A stretch of DNA of 64,000 bases, from positions 6,995 through 70,994 of IMG/VR virus record IMGVR_UViG_3300049002_000011. One strand, given 5' to 3'. This document shows positions 9,962-20,173 of the stretch, in pieces. The notes beneath the pieces were generated by a model. That model was given only the letters and a program-made list of their open reading frames with translations, was not told where the DNA came from and did no database searches. A program made the position numbers and the translations under genes. The stretch's first letter is position 1. Each line of letters opens with the position of its first letter. Source of the stretch: a virus.

Positions 9962-10318
9962 TTAGCGTTTTGCGATGCGCTCGAACGCGCGCACCACGTT
10001 GGGTTTGACTGATTCGAAGGCGGGCATGAGAAACGGTTGCGCCGGGCTGTTTACGGTGCCGAACTCAACGTACGGCGCGTAAAACATCCCGACGACAACG
10101 CTTTTCGCTACTCCAAAACCCGGTCGGTGTCCGGAGTAGGTTTCGATCGCAATCGAGTCCCGCAAATTGCCGGTTTCACCAACCGGACAAAGCTGGCGAG
10201 CCAATGAGGCTATCTGCGTGGCTGCGTCGTCGAGGATTTTCTCGGCGCGCGGGCGCAGACTTCGACGCAGCTCGGGAATGCGGTTTCGCTTGGTGATTTT
10301 TACTCCAAGTGCAAACAT
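9962..10318 (-). CDS. HK97 gp10-like neck protein
   Basis: PVGETGNLRDSI...YAPYVEFGT...AQPFLMPAF signature. Confidence 0.9.
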   Translation of the reverse strand: MFALGVKITKRNRIPELRRSLRPRAEKILDDAATQIASLARQLCPVGETGNLRDSIAIETYSGHRPGFGVAKSVVVGMFYAPYVEFGTVNSPAQPFLMPAFESVKPNVVRAFERIAKR

Positions 10319-10722
10319 TAAAGCGGCGTCTCTTCGAAGGCGATCACTTCGCGTGTGAGCCCGACCATGTCAGTCACGCGAATAATTTCCATATCAGTTT
10401 GGGCCAATCCGCGGGTAGCGACTCTGCGTAAGCGATCGCTGGCCAATACGTCGACGTCAGCGGCGAAAGTAAAGCGATGAAACACTCCCGGCTTCCGTTG
10501 CGAAGCGCGCATTTGCTCGCGTTCGACCTGGCCTTCTGATACGGGTGAAGAAAAACAGGAATAGGGCTGTTGAGTAGTAGCTGCGTAACTTCCAACTTTG
10601 CCACCCTTGCTGTTGGAAGTTCTGGAAGCACGCATAACAAAAGCGGAGTCGGAAGCCATGCCTTCGACAATCCGTTTCGTGGTGACTTTTAAGTTTGCGA
10701 GTAGACCAGCGAAGGTTCCCAT
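10318..10722 (-). CDS. head closure/head-tail adaptor protein
   Basis: size, synteny and DVLASDRL motif typical of SPP1 gp16-like stoppers. Confidence 0.65.
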   Translation of the reverse strand: MGTFAGLLANLKVTTKRIVEGMASDSAFVMRASRTSNSKGGKVGSYAATTQQPYSCFSSPVSEGQVEREQMRASQRKPGVFHRFTFAADVDVLASDRLRRVATRGLAQTDMEIIRVTDMVGLTREVIAFEETPL

Positions 10723-11250
10723 TTATGCCCGGTAGACGCGCACGCTACCGCTCCCGGCAATGATTAACCAGCGACTGATGAGGTCCCACACCTGTTCAGG
10801 GATGTCCTGCTCTGACGGTACGCCTTCACGCATCTCGAGCTCGATCGCGCCCGCAATCTTCAGACGCTTGAATTGCAGTAATGATTCATCGACCAGTACT
10901 GCCGGGTTGCGCGGCAAGCGGTAAAGCGCGAGACGGACCGTAGCCTCTTTCAGCTCGAGCGGATTCGTGTTCGGATCCACAAAGTTTCCGTCACGATCTT
11001 CAAGGTTCACGCGTGGAAACTGGAGCGCTTGCACGTTCCAGTCGGTGCGCTGTCCCTCCCATTCGAGTCGATTGAGTTCACGCGTCGCCGTCACGAGCGC
11101 CTTTTGTTTGGTTAACAGGTCCGCGCCTGCGTCAGTGGCGGGCCAGTCAGAAGCGTAGAGCTCGCCGGCGAGTAAATCGTTGGCGAATTCGACAGTGCAA
11201 AAACTATTCGCGGTTGCACCGCCTTCGGTTGCGTCGAGAACAAAGGCCAT
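10723..11250 (-). CDS. head-tail connector protein
   Basis: ANSFCTVEFA...KQKALVTAT...QALQFPR motif typical of DnaT-like annotated adaptor proteins. Confidence 0.75.
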   Translation of the reverse strand: MAFVLDATEGGATANSFCTVEFANDLLAGELYASDWPATDAGADLLTKQKALVTATRELNRLEWEGQRTDWNVQALQFPRVNLEDRDGNFVDPNTNPLELKEATVRLALYRLPRNPAVLVDESLLQFKRLKIAGAIELEMREGVPSEQDIPEQVWDLISRWLIIAGSGSVRVYRA

Positions 11251-11256
11251 AAGCTT

Positions 11257-11460
11257 TTAGGAGCGTTTGCGTCGTGAACGTTTCTTGCCTTTGCGCTGGA
11301 ACCAGGCATCGGCCGCGGTCAACAGTGCTTCCACCCGTCCGGCGTCAGCCGCCGAGACGTGTAACTCACCGTTGATGAAGTCGAAACCGGCTATGCGCGC
11401 GTCCTGGCCAGTGAGTGGTCCAGTCAGTTCAAGAATGACGTGCGATGTAGTTTCAGTCAT
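11257..11460 (-). CDS. hypothetical protein
   Basis: 67 aa co-oriented ORF with basic C-terminus. Confidence 0.5.
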   Translation of the reverse strand: MTETTSHVILELTGPLTGQDARIAGFDFINGELHVSAADAGRVEALLTAADAWFQRKGKKRSRRKRS

Positions 11461-11608
11461 GGATTTTTAGGTTGTTGCGAAGGGAGGCGCCCAAGGAGTG
11501 GCGGGCCAAACGAACGCGCTCCCCTTCGCCGTCATGCGGCACGGATGTTGGTCGCTGCGTTTCCGCCCGGAAACCGTCGACCACCGTCCCGCAATTTCAA
11601 AAAGACAG

Positions 11609-11968
11609 TTAGTTGCTCGGAGTGGCGTCCGGAGCGGTGCTCGGAGCTGGACTCGGAGGAGCTGCGGTCGGAGCGGCCGCTGGAGCTGGTCGCGGTGCGC
11701 GTGATTGGTTACGTGGCGCGGCGGCGCTTTCTTTTGGACTCATACCTTCTCCGGTAGCACCTTTGTCGGTAGCACCTTTGTCGGTAATACCCGCCTGCGC
11801 GAGTAAAGCATTTCTGTCAACACTCCAGCCGGCGAGAGCGTATTCGCCCACTTCGTTCGGGTGAACATCCGCCGAGGTTGGCCCATTCTCCCCTGGTTTG
11901 TTGGTGCGAATCATCCGGATCAAGGAAACCTCTTCCGCCGGAGCTGCAGGAGTTAATTGGTCTGACAT
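11609..11968 (-). CDS. hypothetical virion-associated protein, Pro/Ala-rich C-terminus
   Basis: 119 aa immediately after major capsid; contains a 15-bp tandem duplication (DKGAT x2). Confidence 0.6.
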   Translation of the reverse strand: MSDQLTPAAPAEEVSLIRMIRTNKPGENGPTSADVHPNEVGEYALAGWSVDRNALLAQAGITDKGATDKGATGEGMSPKESAAAPRNQSRAPRPAPAAAPTAAPPSPAPSTAPDATPSN

Positions 11969-12091
11969 TGTTTTAGGAATCCGCCTTTCAACTTGTGGGT
12001 TAAATTTGATCCGGTGCGCGCCGCAACTTGTGTATGGTCACGCACCGGACTGAGGGATCGACCTATCGAGGTGTCGATCGGGAGAGAGCCG

Positions 12092-13240
12092 TTAGCCGAG
12101 GATGTGCGCGATGTTCTCGCTCTTGATCGCCTTCACGCCCCAGGCGAGGCGCACGTGGTAGACCACCTGCAAGTACTGACGATAGACCGCGATCTCGAAT
12201 GACAATCCGGAGACCGGATCTGTCACGGTGATCGTGTCGTCAGCAGTGTCGCCGCCTTTGGGCATCGCTGGCATACGCGCAACGAGCTGGATAGCGGAAC
12301 GGTGGAACGCGAGATTAGCGCGGAAGTTGTTGCCCACGGTCAGCGCCACGTTATCCGCCAGCGTTGCTCGCAGACCAGGTTTCGCGATCGTCACCACGCC
12401 ACCACTCAAGGCCGTCGCGACGGCGTACTTGTTCGTATCGCCCGCAAACGTGATCACGTCGCCAGCCAGGATGGTGCCCGTGCCGGTATCGAGCGCGATT
12501 GCCGTATCGCCAACCACGTAACCCGCGACGTTGTTCACCAGATAACCGGTGCCAGTACCTTTGGTGACCTGCGCGGCTTGTCCGGTGTTGCCGATCAAGA
12601 ATCCTTCGAGCTCACCGATGGTGCCGCGTCGCAGCAAATCTGCGGTGCCTGCCTCGTTGACTTTGAACAACGAAGCCTGCTTACCACGAATGTTCGCCAT
12701 TGCGCCCGAACCCAAGACGAGGTGCAGATCGGACTGAGGCGAGCCGTTGTCGTCGAGAATCTGACGCACGCCGGCGACATCCGACAAATCAGCCGCCGTC
12801 GCGAACGGAGTCGTGCCGGCCGTACCAAACGCGCGCGAAGCGCCCTTGTAAGCCTCGACATAGATATCCGATTCGATCTGGTTGGCGAGTGCTCGGAAAG
12901 CCTGCTCGAACTGCGATTGCAACGTGGTGTCGTACATGCCCGAGGACTCCATGCCACGAGTCTCTTCACCGTTCCAACGAATCGGAATGTGTTTCGACTT
13001 CGTGATTTTGATCTCGGTGTTGCCGACCGTCTGATCGCCAGTGTCCGGAGCGTTCACGCCAGGCGTGTTGTCCGCCATGGTGCCGGGTGTGGTGATGGGT
13101 ACCAGAATGGATTGATTGAGCGCTGCACGCTCAAGCGACATATTGCGCGTGACAGCAGGAATGAGTCCGACCAACTCGCGGGACACTTGGTCGAGCGCCG
13201 CGTATAGAGTCGGAATCAGTGAAGTGAGAGTGTTAGCCAA
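12092..13240 (-). CDS. major capsid protein (P22 coat/gp5-like)
   Basis: MANTLTSLIP start, ALANQIESD spine helix, insertion domain with GDVITFAG, NLAFHRSAIQLVAR and WGVKAIK C-terminus; TTG start with AAGGAG RBS. Confidence 0.9.
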   Translation of the reverse strand: MANTLTSLIPTLYAALDQVSRELVGLIPAVTRNMSLERAALNQSILVPITTPGTMADNTPGVNAPDTGDQTVGNTEIKITKSKHIPIRWNGEETRGMESSGMYDTTLQSQFEQAFRALANQIESDIYVEAYKGASRAFGTAGTTPFATAADLSDVAGVRQILDDNGSPQSDLHLVLGSGAMANIRGKQASLFKVNEAGTADLLRRGTIGELEGFLIGNTGQAAQVTKGTGTGYLVNNVAGYVVGDTAIALDTGTGTILAGDVITFAGDTNKYAVATALSGGVVTIAKPGLRATLADNVALTVGNNFRANLAFHRSAIQLVARMPAMPKGGDTADDTITVTDPVSGLSFEIAVYRQYLQVVYHVRLAWGVKAIKSENIAHILG

Positions 13241-13380
13241 GAGAGTGTCTCCTTAAAAGAGGTGTGAAAATTGGTCCAAGGTAGGAATCCGACTCGCGCC
13301 ACAGGCGCTTGTGGGTGCGATCACAGACCGCGTAGTGCAGAGTTTTTGGAGCTCCGAGACTTCGGAGCTCCGAAAGGGAA

Positions 13381-14199
13381 TTAGTCGACGATCTTGCCGC
13401 CGCCGATCACGTGTGCTCTCTGTGCTTCCGGAGACAGGCCGTCAAAGGTCGAACGTTTCATCGTTACGCCCTTGCCCTGCGCCCCAGCCGTTTTCGATTG
13501 CTGTCCGGCGCCGCCACCGCCAACACCTTCGGCGGCAAAGAGACCACCAAAACCTTCTGTGTTCTTCAACTGCTCGACGAACTGCTCCACGTTCATCAGG
13601 TCGCTGCCAACGTAGAGCGGTGTGCGATTGTTTTTCACGTCGATCATCCGCGTCACAAACTGTCGCGCGTCGCCTTCGCCATCCTCAATCATCTCCATCG
13701 CTTCGATGACGTGCGGCAGCAACGCTTTCGCGCCGCCTTTGATGGGATTGGCTTTCTCTATCGCGATTTCTGCCGCGGTCGTCACCATGGATTTACGCAG
13801 TTGCGACATCAGGAACTCTTCGCGCTGCTTTGAAGTGTTTTTGACCGTGTCCAGCTCGCGCGTGTGTGATCCCTTCAACGTCTCGATCTCGCGCGTGCGT
13901 TTTTGCTCTTCCGTGAGTTTTGCGTCCTCGGCGGCTTGCTTCGCCTGCTGGAGTTCCGCGATCTGTTCAGCGGAAAGCCCGAGGTCCTGGAAAGCTTTGA
14001 GAGCGTTGGCCGCGGTCTGCTTTTCGGTTTTTAGCGCGTTGTTGTTTTGCGTGAGCGCTGCGCGTTCAGCTTTGAATAGCGGGTGCAGGTCGTAAGTTTC
14101 GGGCTGGCCGTTCTCGCCGCCCGTCTTCATGTAGATCTGGCGATCGTTCTCGCCTAATCCGTTGTACTCATCGAGAGTGAGTGTGTCTTTAACTGGCAT
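13381..14199 (-). CDS. capsid scaffolding protein
   Basis: Coiled-coil, GGGGAG linker, directly upstream of capsid; ATG at 14199 chosen after GGAG. Confidence 0.8.
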   Translation of the reverse strand: MPVKDTLTLDEYNGLGENDRQIYMKTGGENGQPETYDLHPLFKAERAALTQNNNALKTEKQTAANALKAFQDLGLSAEQIAELQQAKQAAEDAKLTEEQKRTREIETLKGSHTRELDTVKNTSKQREEFLMSQLRKSMVTTAAEIAIEKANPIKGGAKALLPHVIEAMEMIEDGEGDARQFVTRMIDVKNNRTPLYVGSDLMNVEQFVEQLKNTEGFGGLFAAEGVGGGGAGQQSKTAGAQGKGVTMKRSTFDGLSPEAQRAHVIGGGKIVD

Positions 14200-14299
14200 G
14201 GTGGTTGGTTGGTCTCCTTGCGTCACAGACGCGGCAGGGTGTGGCCACTGGCCACGGGTGGGTGCGCGTGTGAGAACTGCACAGCAGTTGAGAACGCGC

Positions 14300-14365
14300 A
14301 AAAAGAAAAATCGCCCGCCACTCCTCCGGGTATCCTCACAGAGAATCCGGATTGAATGACGGGCG
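14300..14365 (-). terminator. intrinsic terminator-like hairpin upstream of scaffold gene
   Basis: CGCCCGUCA...UGGCGGGCG stem (G-U favours minus strand) followed by UUUUUCUUUUU. Confidence 0.5.
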
Positions 14366-14410
14366 GAACGTTCAGGCGAGTTAACGTGCGGCGTTAGAAA
14401 ACGCGGGACG

Positions 14411-14620
14411 TTACCCTTCGCTGGCTCGTGAAGCCCTTTGGTTTGTCAGAGCGCGCTCGAATCTTTCGAGTGCAGCTACTTCGCTAAGTTTTGCTCGGCG
14501 ACTGGCGCGGAGGTATTCGAGAAGCGCCGATCGCAAGATAGCACAATCACCCGGCTGCTTTGCAAGCATTTCTTCGAACCGCGCTGCGTTCAACGATTCT
14601 TCGTTGCTGATTTTGCTCAT
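14411..14620 (-). CDS. hypothetical protein
   Basis: 69 aa ORF coupled by ATGA overlap to the upstream gene. Confidence 0.5.
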   Translation of the reverse strand: MSKISNEESLNAARFEEMLAKQPGDCAILRSALLEYLRASRRAKLSEVAALERFERALTNQRASRASEG

Positions 14621-15654
14621 AGCGTAATGAATCGAGAGTAGACATAGATTGGCCCACGCTTGACCCGAACCAACTCGCGCCGGCGCGTAAGACGATTAGC
14701 GATGGTGGCCTCGTATGGCGTGAGGTCCTGCAGCCGGACTGGTCGCGTGGCGTTGGAGATCCTTTGAAAGACGCGCAGCTCCGGCGCCGACATTTGTGCG
14801 GTTGGAGTCACCAAAGCCAATTGGTTCTGAACAGCGACGCCAACATCATTCGCGAAATAGACGAACCTCCCGTCGACTTTCTCTTTGCGCAGGCTGCCAC
14901 GCCCACTCAGGCGGTTGGCGACTTCGCGCTCACGGTTCGTCATTTCGTTCGCCAGCAGGGGAGTCTCACGCGTAGCGGTCTCGGCGCGCGCGGTGAAGGA
15001 TTGAACCTGGTGCGCGCTTAGTTGTGGCGCGCGCGTCAAGCGATAAATGATCGAGCACTGACAAAACCAGCGACATTCGAAGCTGCCGATCGCAGGCAAT
15101 TTCGAGAGCAGAGTCCATGTGCCGGCGGCGCTCTTACAACCTGCACAATGCTCCGTTTCAACCGGACCAGTTTTGCGAGAAGCTTCGACGATCATGCCCG
15201 ACTCTTCCATGCGAGTGTTGAGCGTCTCCCAATACTCGAGACGAGCGTTAGACGTGTAAGAGCGAGCGCGAGCGCGAATGCGTGCGGAGTCTCGCGGCAA
15301 GCCGCGCGTGCCGATCTCTGCGCCAAACTGGTTTAGAAACGAATACTCACGGCGCAAGTGGGCCCCCACTTTGCCCCAGCGCGCCTGAGTCATTTGTGCG
15401 AGGCCTCCGTTACCCGCGATCGACGTCGCGACGTGCAGCGCCTTTACCTCAGCGCGCATCGAGTCTCTGAACTGCGCGATCGTAATTTCTTTGGCGCGCA
15501 CCTGATCCGCGAGTTTCAACATGCGACGTTCGGAAACATCGATCACGCGGTTGACCTGGCGGAACACGCGATCGGGAGGGACGAACTGTCCACTCTGCGC
15601 GTTGCGGAATTGCAGACGACTCAAATCCCAGGTGTATTTGCTTTGTGTGGGCAT
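14617..15654 (-). CDS. head morphogenesis/minor capsid protein (Mu gpF-like)
   Basis: EHCAGC...PAIGSFECRWFCQC Cys motif; position downstream of portal; two C-terminal repeats (ANRL...VY). Confidence 0.65.
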   Translation of the reverse strand: MPTQSKYTWDLSRLQFRNAQSGQFVPPDRVFRQVNRVIDVSERRMLKLADQVRAKEITIAQFRDSMRAEVKALHVATSIAGNGGLAQMTQARWGKVGAHLRREYSFLNQFGAEIGTRGLPRDSARIRARARSYTSNARLEYWETLNTRMEESGMIVEASRKTGPVETEHCAGCKSAAGTWTLLSKLPAIGSFECRWFCQCSIIYRLTRAPQLSAHQVQSFTARAETATRETPLLANEMTNREREVANRLSGRGSLRKEKVDGRFVYFANDVGVAVQNQLALVTPTAQMSAPELRVFQRISNATRPVRLQDLTPYEATIANRLTRRRELVRVKRGPIYVYSRFITL

Positions 15655-15756
15655 GACGTGAAATTGCGTCCAGCAACGCGAGGAATTGCGCTGGCGACGT
15701 GGGAAACGGGTCAGACGAGTGTTTGCATGTCTGGAAGCTAAAACGCGTCCTACGCG

Positions 15757-16356
15757 TTAGGAGAGCGTGAGCGGCGCTATTTCAGCGGGTTGCCCGGGAA
15801 CTGTCCAGCCCCAGAAAAACGGAGGACCACAGCACTTGTCATAATACGATGCGGCTCGCAAGGCGCGCTTCATCGTGGTCATGGCAGACTCGTTCATGTC
15901 CTGAGTCGCGTGGAGTGCTCCCAACGCCAACCGCGCGCCCGTACCGATCGACAGTAATCCATTGTCCGGTCGCGTGACCGTAAGGTCTGAATCGAATTCA
16001 AAAACGTAGCCGCGGACCGCTAAGAGGAATTCTGAGTCAGCTAGACCTTTTTGCATGTCAAACAAACCAGGAAACTTCCTGAGACAGATAAGCAGCTCCG
16101 GTACAAAGTCAGTGATCAGAAACGAATGTAAAAGCTCACCGCTGGTTTCGTACTTTTCAGGAATCGCGGGCGGCTTGAATGTCGAACGCAACGCCTGTTC
16201 ATAGCGAACAGCGCCGGCTGCGCCAAAGAGGTATTCACCGATCGTGAATAGCTTTCGGCCGGATTGCACCGTGTAATGATGCTCACCATAAGACACGCGC
16301 GCGTCGGCGCCGATGTAGGCGACGCCGCGATCCGTGAAACCAACTATGCAAGTCAT
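15757..16356 (-). CDS. Ntn-hydrolase (HslV/proteasome-beta-like) peptidase
   Basis: Starts MTCIVG...IGADARVS (N-terminal Thr nucleophile), SIGTGARLALGAL; GGAGG RBS before ATG 16356. Confidence 0.85.
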   Translation of the reverse strand: MTCIVGFTDRGVAYIGADARVSYGEHHYTVQSGRKLFTIGEYLFGAAGAVRYEQALRSTFKPPAIPEKYETSGELLHSFLITDFVPELLICLRKFPGLFDMQKGLADSEFLLAVRGYVFEFDSDLTVTRPDNGLLSIGTGARLALGALHATQDMNESAMTTMKRALRAASYYDKCCGPPFFWGWTVPGQPAEIAPLTLS

Positions 16357-16499
16357 TCGCTTTCCTCCGCGAGAACCATGTCCGCCAATTCCGGCGAAGC
16401 TTCTCGGAGCAGGTCGAGAGCTCGCCAGATATCGGAGGCTGTGATTTCGGCCGCGTCTTGAATTTCCTGACGCGTCCACCGTGGTGTGATTTCTGCCAT
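16353..16499 (-). CDS. 48-aa hypothetical protein
   Basis: MAEITPRWTRQEIQDAAEITASDI...; start overlaps portal stop and stop overlaps the peptidase start. Confidence 0.6.
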   Translation of the reverse strand: MAEITPRWTRQEIQDAAEITASDIWRALDLLREASPELADMVLAEESE

Positions 16500-17986
16500 T
16501 ACTGTTTGGGCGGGAGGTTGGTGTTCGGAGGTTCCTGTCGTGAGGGGTCATTTTCTGCTTCGCGCACGACGTCGGGCTTGTCGCAGTCGGGACCGAAGAT
16601 GCGCACCATCTCTGCATCGATGTCGAAGTCCGGACCAAGCTTGCCAGCTGTCTTCAACAACATGAGCAGCGTGTACGTGGACAGATGATGATCGTTGGCG
16701 AGGTTACGCAGCGTGTCGATATCCTGCGAGTCGAGGTGCAGCCGATCATATTGCACATTCAGCTCGATCGTGCCGAGCTCGTCTTTGCCGCGGTAATCAC
16801 CGTGGGCGATCAGGGCCAGCTTTAACGCGTTCGTCAGAGACTTCACCGCCAGCGACAATTCGGAATCGCTCTCAACGGTGTCTTTAATTTCTCCGGTGGC
16901 AGTGCGTGGACCACTGGTTTGTGGCACTAACAGTTTGAACCCGGCGACCGCCATGCGCTGCTCGAGCTGTTTGATTTCGTCCTGCGCCTTGCCGATCGCG
17001 TGCCCCTGGTGCTCGGCGTAACCGAGCTCCGAGTGCTCGCCTTTCAAATCGATAAGCACACTCGGGCCAACTGATTCGAATTTCTTTTTCTGATCGCGAT
17101 CGCGGGCCCAAAGGATCGGGACGTTCGCGACGTGAAGGATGCCGTGTAAGTCGCTGGTCATTTGCAAGTGCTGAACGACCATGAGTGCGAGGTCCAAGAG
17201 GGCTGGTTCAGAAACAAACGGATCCAGTTCTTCGCCGCCGTAAATCGGGAAGAGCGGTATGTACGGCAGACTCGAATTTGAACGTCCCTCGAGCTCGCAC
17301 GTGCCATCGGCTTTCTCGCGCCACATGGTGATCATGCCGGGCGTCAACACTCGATACCTGACTACGGTCTTTTCACCGAAATCACCATCTTCCTCCTGTT
17401 GGCACTCACGCAGCGAAACGCGTTTGAGGACCTGGTGGCCATAGACGTTCTCAAACTTCCAGTTAACGACCTGCGCTTTTTGGTAGAGAACCCAGTACGG
17501 CCGCAACTTCTGTTCATCCAGATAGGTTGGTTCGCTGGCATTCGTCTCTTCCGATTGAGTGAGGGTTTCTGTCACCGACTTCGGCATGTCGACGTAGATG
17601 AATGAATGTCCGTCTCGCAATGCGGTTTTGAGTGCTTCGCGAGCAAACAGACCAACCGACTTCCCTGCCAGATCGATGTTCTTTAGCTCTTGCTCGATCT
17701 GCTTATCGACGTCCTTCACTGTCGGGTCTTTATCAAACACGAGACCCAGGGCCAGCGTGATAGCGCGCTTCACGGCGGGCAGGGCCACCGACTTCTGCAC
17801 GCGCAGCTCATACTCGTCTTTCGGTTCCTGCGGGTTCTTCGGTAAGTACTCAACCTCGCAGTGGCGAAAACGCAACGTGCCGGCGTAAGCGTCCTGACAT
17901 ATCTTCATTGCCGGGAGCTGATCGATGTACGCCTTGATCCGGAAGTTTGGGAATTTTTTGTTTTGTTCTTTCGCGACGGTCGCCAT
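16499..17986 (-). CDS. portal protein (DUF4055-like)
   Basis: YLPKNPQEPKDEYELR, IDLAGKS...DGHSFIYVD, RPYW..Y....VVNW, RTAT motifs; follows terminase. Confidence 0.9.
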   Translation of the reverse strand: MATVAKEQNKKFPNFRIKAYIDQLPAMKICQDAYAGTLRFRHCEVEYLPKNPQEPKDEYELRVQKSVALPAVKRAITLALGLVFDKDPTVKDVDKQIEQELKNIDLAGKSVGLFAREALKTALRDGHSFIYVDMPKSVTETLTQSEETNASEPTYLDEQKLRPYWVLYQKAQVVNWKFENVYGHQVLKRVSLRECQQEEDGDFGEKTVVRYRVLTPGMITMWREKADGTCELEGRSNSSLPYIPLFPIYGGEELDPFVSEPALLDLALMVVQHLQMTSDLHGILHVANVPILWARDRDQKKKFESVGPSVLIDLKGEHSELGYAEHQGHAIGKAQDEIKQLEQRMAVAGFKLLVPQTSGPRTATGEIKDTVESDSELSLAVKSLTNALKLALIAHGDYRGKDELGTIELNVQYDRLHLDSQDIDTLRNLANDHHLSTYTLLMLLKTAGKLGPDFDIDAEMVRIFGPDCDKPDVVREAENDPSRQEPPNTNLPPKQ

Positions 17987-18036
17987 GGTTGAGGTTTTCC
18001 TTTGCGTAGTAAGAGAGGTGTGTGGCAGGTGAGAAT

Positions 18037-19449
18037 TTAGCGGCGGAGGATGACACGGGCGTAATCGTATTCGGGCGCCAGATCTACACTGGCCACGCGG
18101 TAACGCATCGCATCGCAACCGTGATCGTTTTCTTTAACGGGCTTGCCGTCTTTACCGTAAACGTAGCCCCAGATTTCCTGGTGCGTGGACGTGGGCTTTT
18201 TCTTTTTTTCCATCTCCTCATCAACTTTCACCGTCGCATCACGGCGAATGAACAAGCGCGGACGTCCATCGAGTTGCAGTTTCAAACGAGCGCGAACCAT
18301 GTCGCAGCCGGCATCACGTTCTTTAGTCGCTGCCTGCGTTTGCAGATTCTGAAAGCGCCAGTTCTTGCCGAGGTGTCTTTCGAGGGTGGCGCGATCCTCT
18401 GCATCGTGGTCGACGTAAACCTCGTCGAAGCCGGGCTCGTCGAACTCTTCGCATAAGCGAATAATTTCGGCGGCGTGATCTTCAACAATCACGCCCGACA
18501 TGTAGATCTCGCGATACATGTAAAGGCGTCCGTCTTCGTCTGCGGCCCAGAACTGACAGACGAACGGGTTTGAGTGTCCGAAGTCGACCGACAGGGATCG
18601 CGCCCAGCTTTTCGGCGGCTCGGTCTTGTACTCTTCGACTCGCGACCGATACGAGCTCGAGTCGTCTTTGTGCAGTGAACCGTCATCATTCCAGCCGTAA
18701 AAGAAATGAATGTCTTCACGGAACCCGTCGAACACGAGACCATCGGCCGAACACCAAATGCCGTCACGCAGCCGTAATCGCTTTGTGCCGGTGAGGCTTT
18801 CCAGTGCGCCGAGTACATACTCAACACCGGCGGGCGTCCATTCCTGCTTTTCCTGATCGAATAGCTTTGGATTGTCCGTGTGTTGGGCAAAGATCATTTT
18901 CAACAGCTTTGCGTCGGCTCGCTTCTTCAAAAAATGAATCGGCGCGTCCGGATTGCACGCGAGCAGTAACTGATGAAAAGTGGTTTTGCCGTTACGAAGG
19001 CGAGTGATGAGGTCCTGGAAATCGTCTTCGGTGATTTCTGTCCCTTCGTCGACTACGATCAAGTCATATTCGGCTGACATGACCTTCGCCGATTTATCGA
19101 GTCCACCAATCACGCACACCGACCCATTCGGGTAGCGGTATTCCATGTCAGTGTTGTGGAAGTAGACGAACTGCCGCGACGGTTTCTCGGCGAACCTGCC
19201 GGCAAGTACCTGGCGTTCAAAGATCACAATCGAGGACTGAGTGAGAGATGAGCGCGTTTTACGTAGCAGCAACGTGCGCGCGCTGGGGAAGTAGCGATTA
19301 ACCGCGTCGAGCTTCTCCAGACACCCGCGCGTTTTTCCCGTTCCCGCTGGGCCAGAAAACACAAGGGCCAGATCGCGGTTGTCCATCATCTCGCGCACCT
19401 TGCCGTACGCGGTGTAATCAGCCTGCTTCTGGGTTGTCTTCCTGGACAC
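18037..19449 (-). CDS. terminase large subunit (PBSX-type)
   Basis: Walker A GPAGTGKT, Walker B IVVDEG, coupling motif ACNP, nuclease DFGHSNP and DHGCDAMRY. Confidence 0.95.
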   Translation of the reverse strand: MSRKTTQKQADYTAYGKVREMMDNRDLALVFSGPAGTGKTRGCLEKLDAVNRYFPSARTLLLRKTRSSLTQSSIVIFERQVLAGRFAEKPSRQFVYFHNTDMEYRYPNGSVCVIGGLDKSAKVMSAEYDLIVVDEGTEITEDDFQDLITRLRNGKTTFHQLLLACNPDAPIHFLKKRADAKLLKMIFAQHTDNPKLFDQEKQEWTPAGVEYVLGALESLTGTKRLRLRDGIWCSADGLVFDGFREDIHFFYGWNDDGSLHKDDSSSYRSRVEEYKTEPPKSWARSLSVDFGHSNPFVCQFWAADEDGRLYMYREIYMSGVIVEDHAAEIIRLCEEFDEPGFDEVYVDHDAEDRATLERHLGKNWRFQNLQTQAATKERDAGCDMVRARLKLQLDGRPRLFIRRDATVKVDEEMEKKKKPTSTHQEIWGYVYGKDGKPVKENDHGCDAMRYRVASVDLAPEYDYARVILRR

Positions 19450-20134
19450 TGTCGGCGGCGGTTGGTTCGGGGGTGGGCTTGTCCCAATCGGCGGGATTAA
19501 AACCTGCGACGAGTTTGACGTCGGTGGGAGCCAGGTTGAGGTTCACTTCCTTGTCGACCACGCCGGTCACTTCGGCGAGGTCCCGTAAGGTTTCGCCAAT
19601 GACTTTGAGGAAACGAGGATCGCCGTAACCTTGTGCGCGTTTTTTCTTTTGTTGGATCTTCCGCGCGGGCACGACAATTCGACGCGTGAGTTCAGGGTTA
19701 TCGGCGTCGAATTCCTCTGTGGTCCGTAGAGCAATGTTGGTTTCCGTTTCCTGCGTTTCATCGAGTGGGCGCTTTGACTTTTCGTAATCGATCCACGCCG
19801 TCCGAAACAGTTCTTCCCAATGATGAATTAGATAACCCTTCATCGTGTCGTACTTTTCGGTTGCGCGCCGGCGAAAGTCGCGCTCGAGTACTTTGACGTC
19901 GTAATCGATCATCTGCCGCGTGAGGGTGTACGGCAGTGGCACATTCGGGATTGGATCGTTTGGTCCAAGCCCGTCGAGAACGCTTCGCAATGCATTCTCG
20001 TATTCCTCGACGCGTCGCCGGTTCAAAATGTCGGCGATGCGCTGGTGTGACATGCGGCGATTTCGAGCGAGTAACGCGGCGATTTCTTCGCGGTCGCGCT
20101 CGATCTCGTATTGCGAGCGTTTGGTCTCGGCCAT
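19418..20134 (-). CDS. probable terminase small subunit
   Basis: N-terminal HTH-like SHQRIADIL, GDPRFL motif, overlaps the large subunit start. Confidence 0.65.
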   Translation of the reverse strand: MAETKRSQYEIERDREEIAALLARNRRMSHQRIADILNRRRVEEYENALRSVLDGLGPNDPIPNVPLPYTLTRQMIDYDVKVLERDFRRRATEKYDTMKGYLIHHWEELFRTAWIDYEKSKRPLDETQETETNIALRTTEEFDADNPELTRRIVVPARKIQQKKKRAQGYGDPRFLKVIGETLRDLAEVTGVVDKEVNLNLAPTDVKLVAGFNPADWDKPTPEPTAADSVQEDNPEAG

Positions 20135-20173
20135 GGTGGGTCGTGAGGTTTGAGGATCCGGAGCGGGACAACA

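Noticed and set aside
12302-13207. 301-aa plus-strand ORF and many similar antisense ORFs
   Set aside because: Shadow frames of well-supported minus-strand genes in GC-rich DNA
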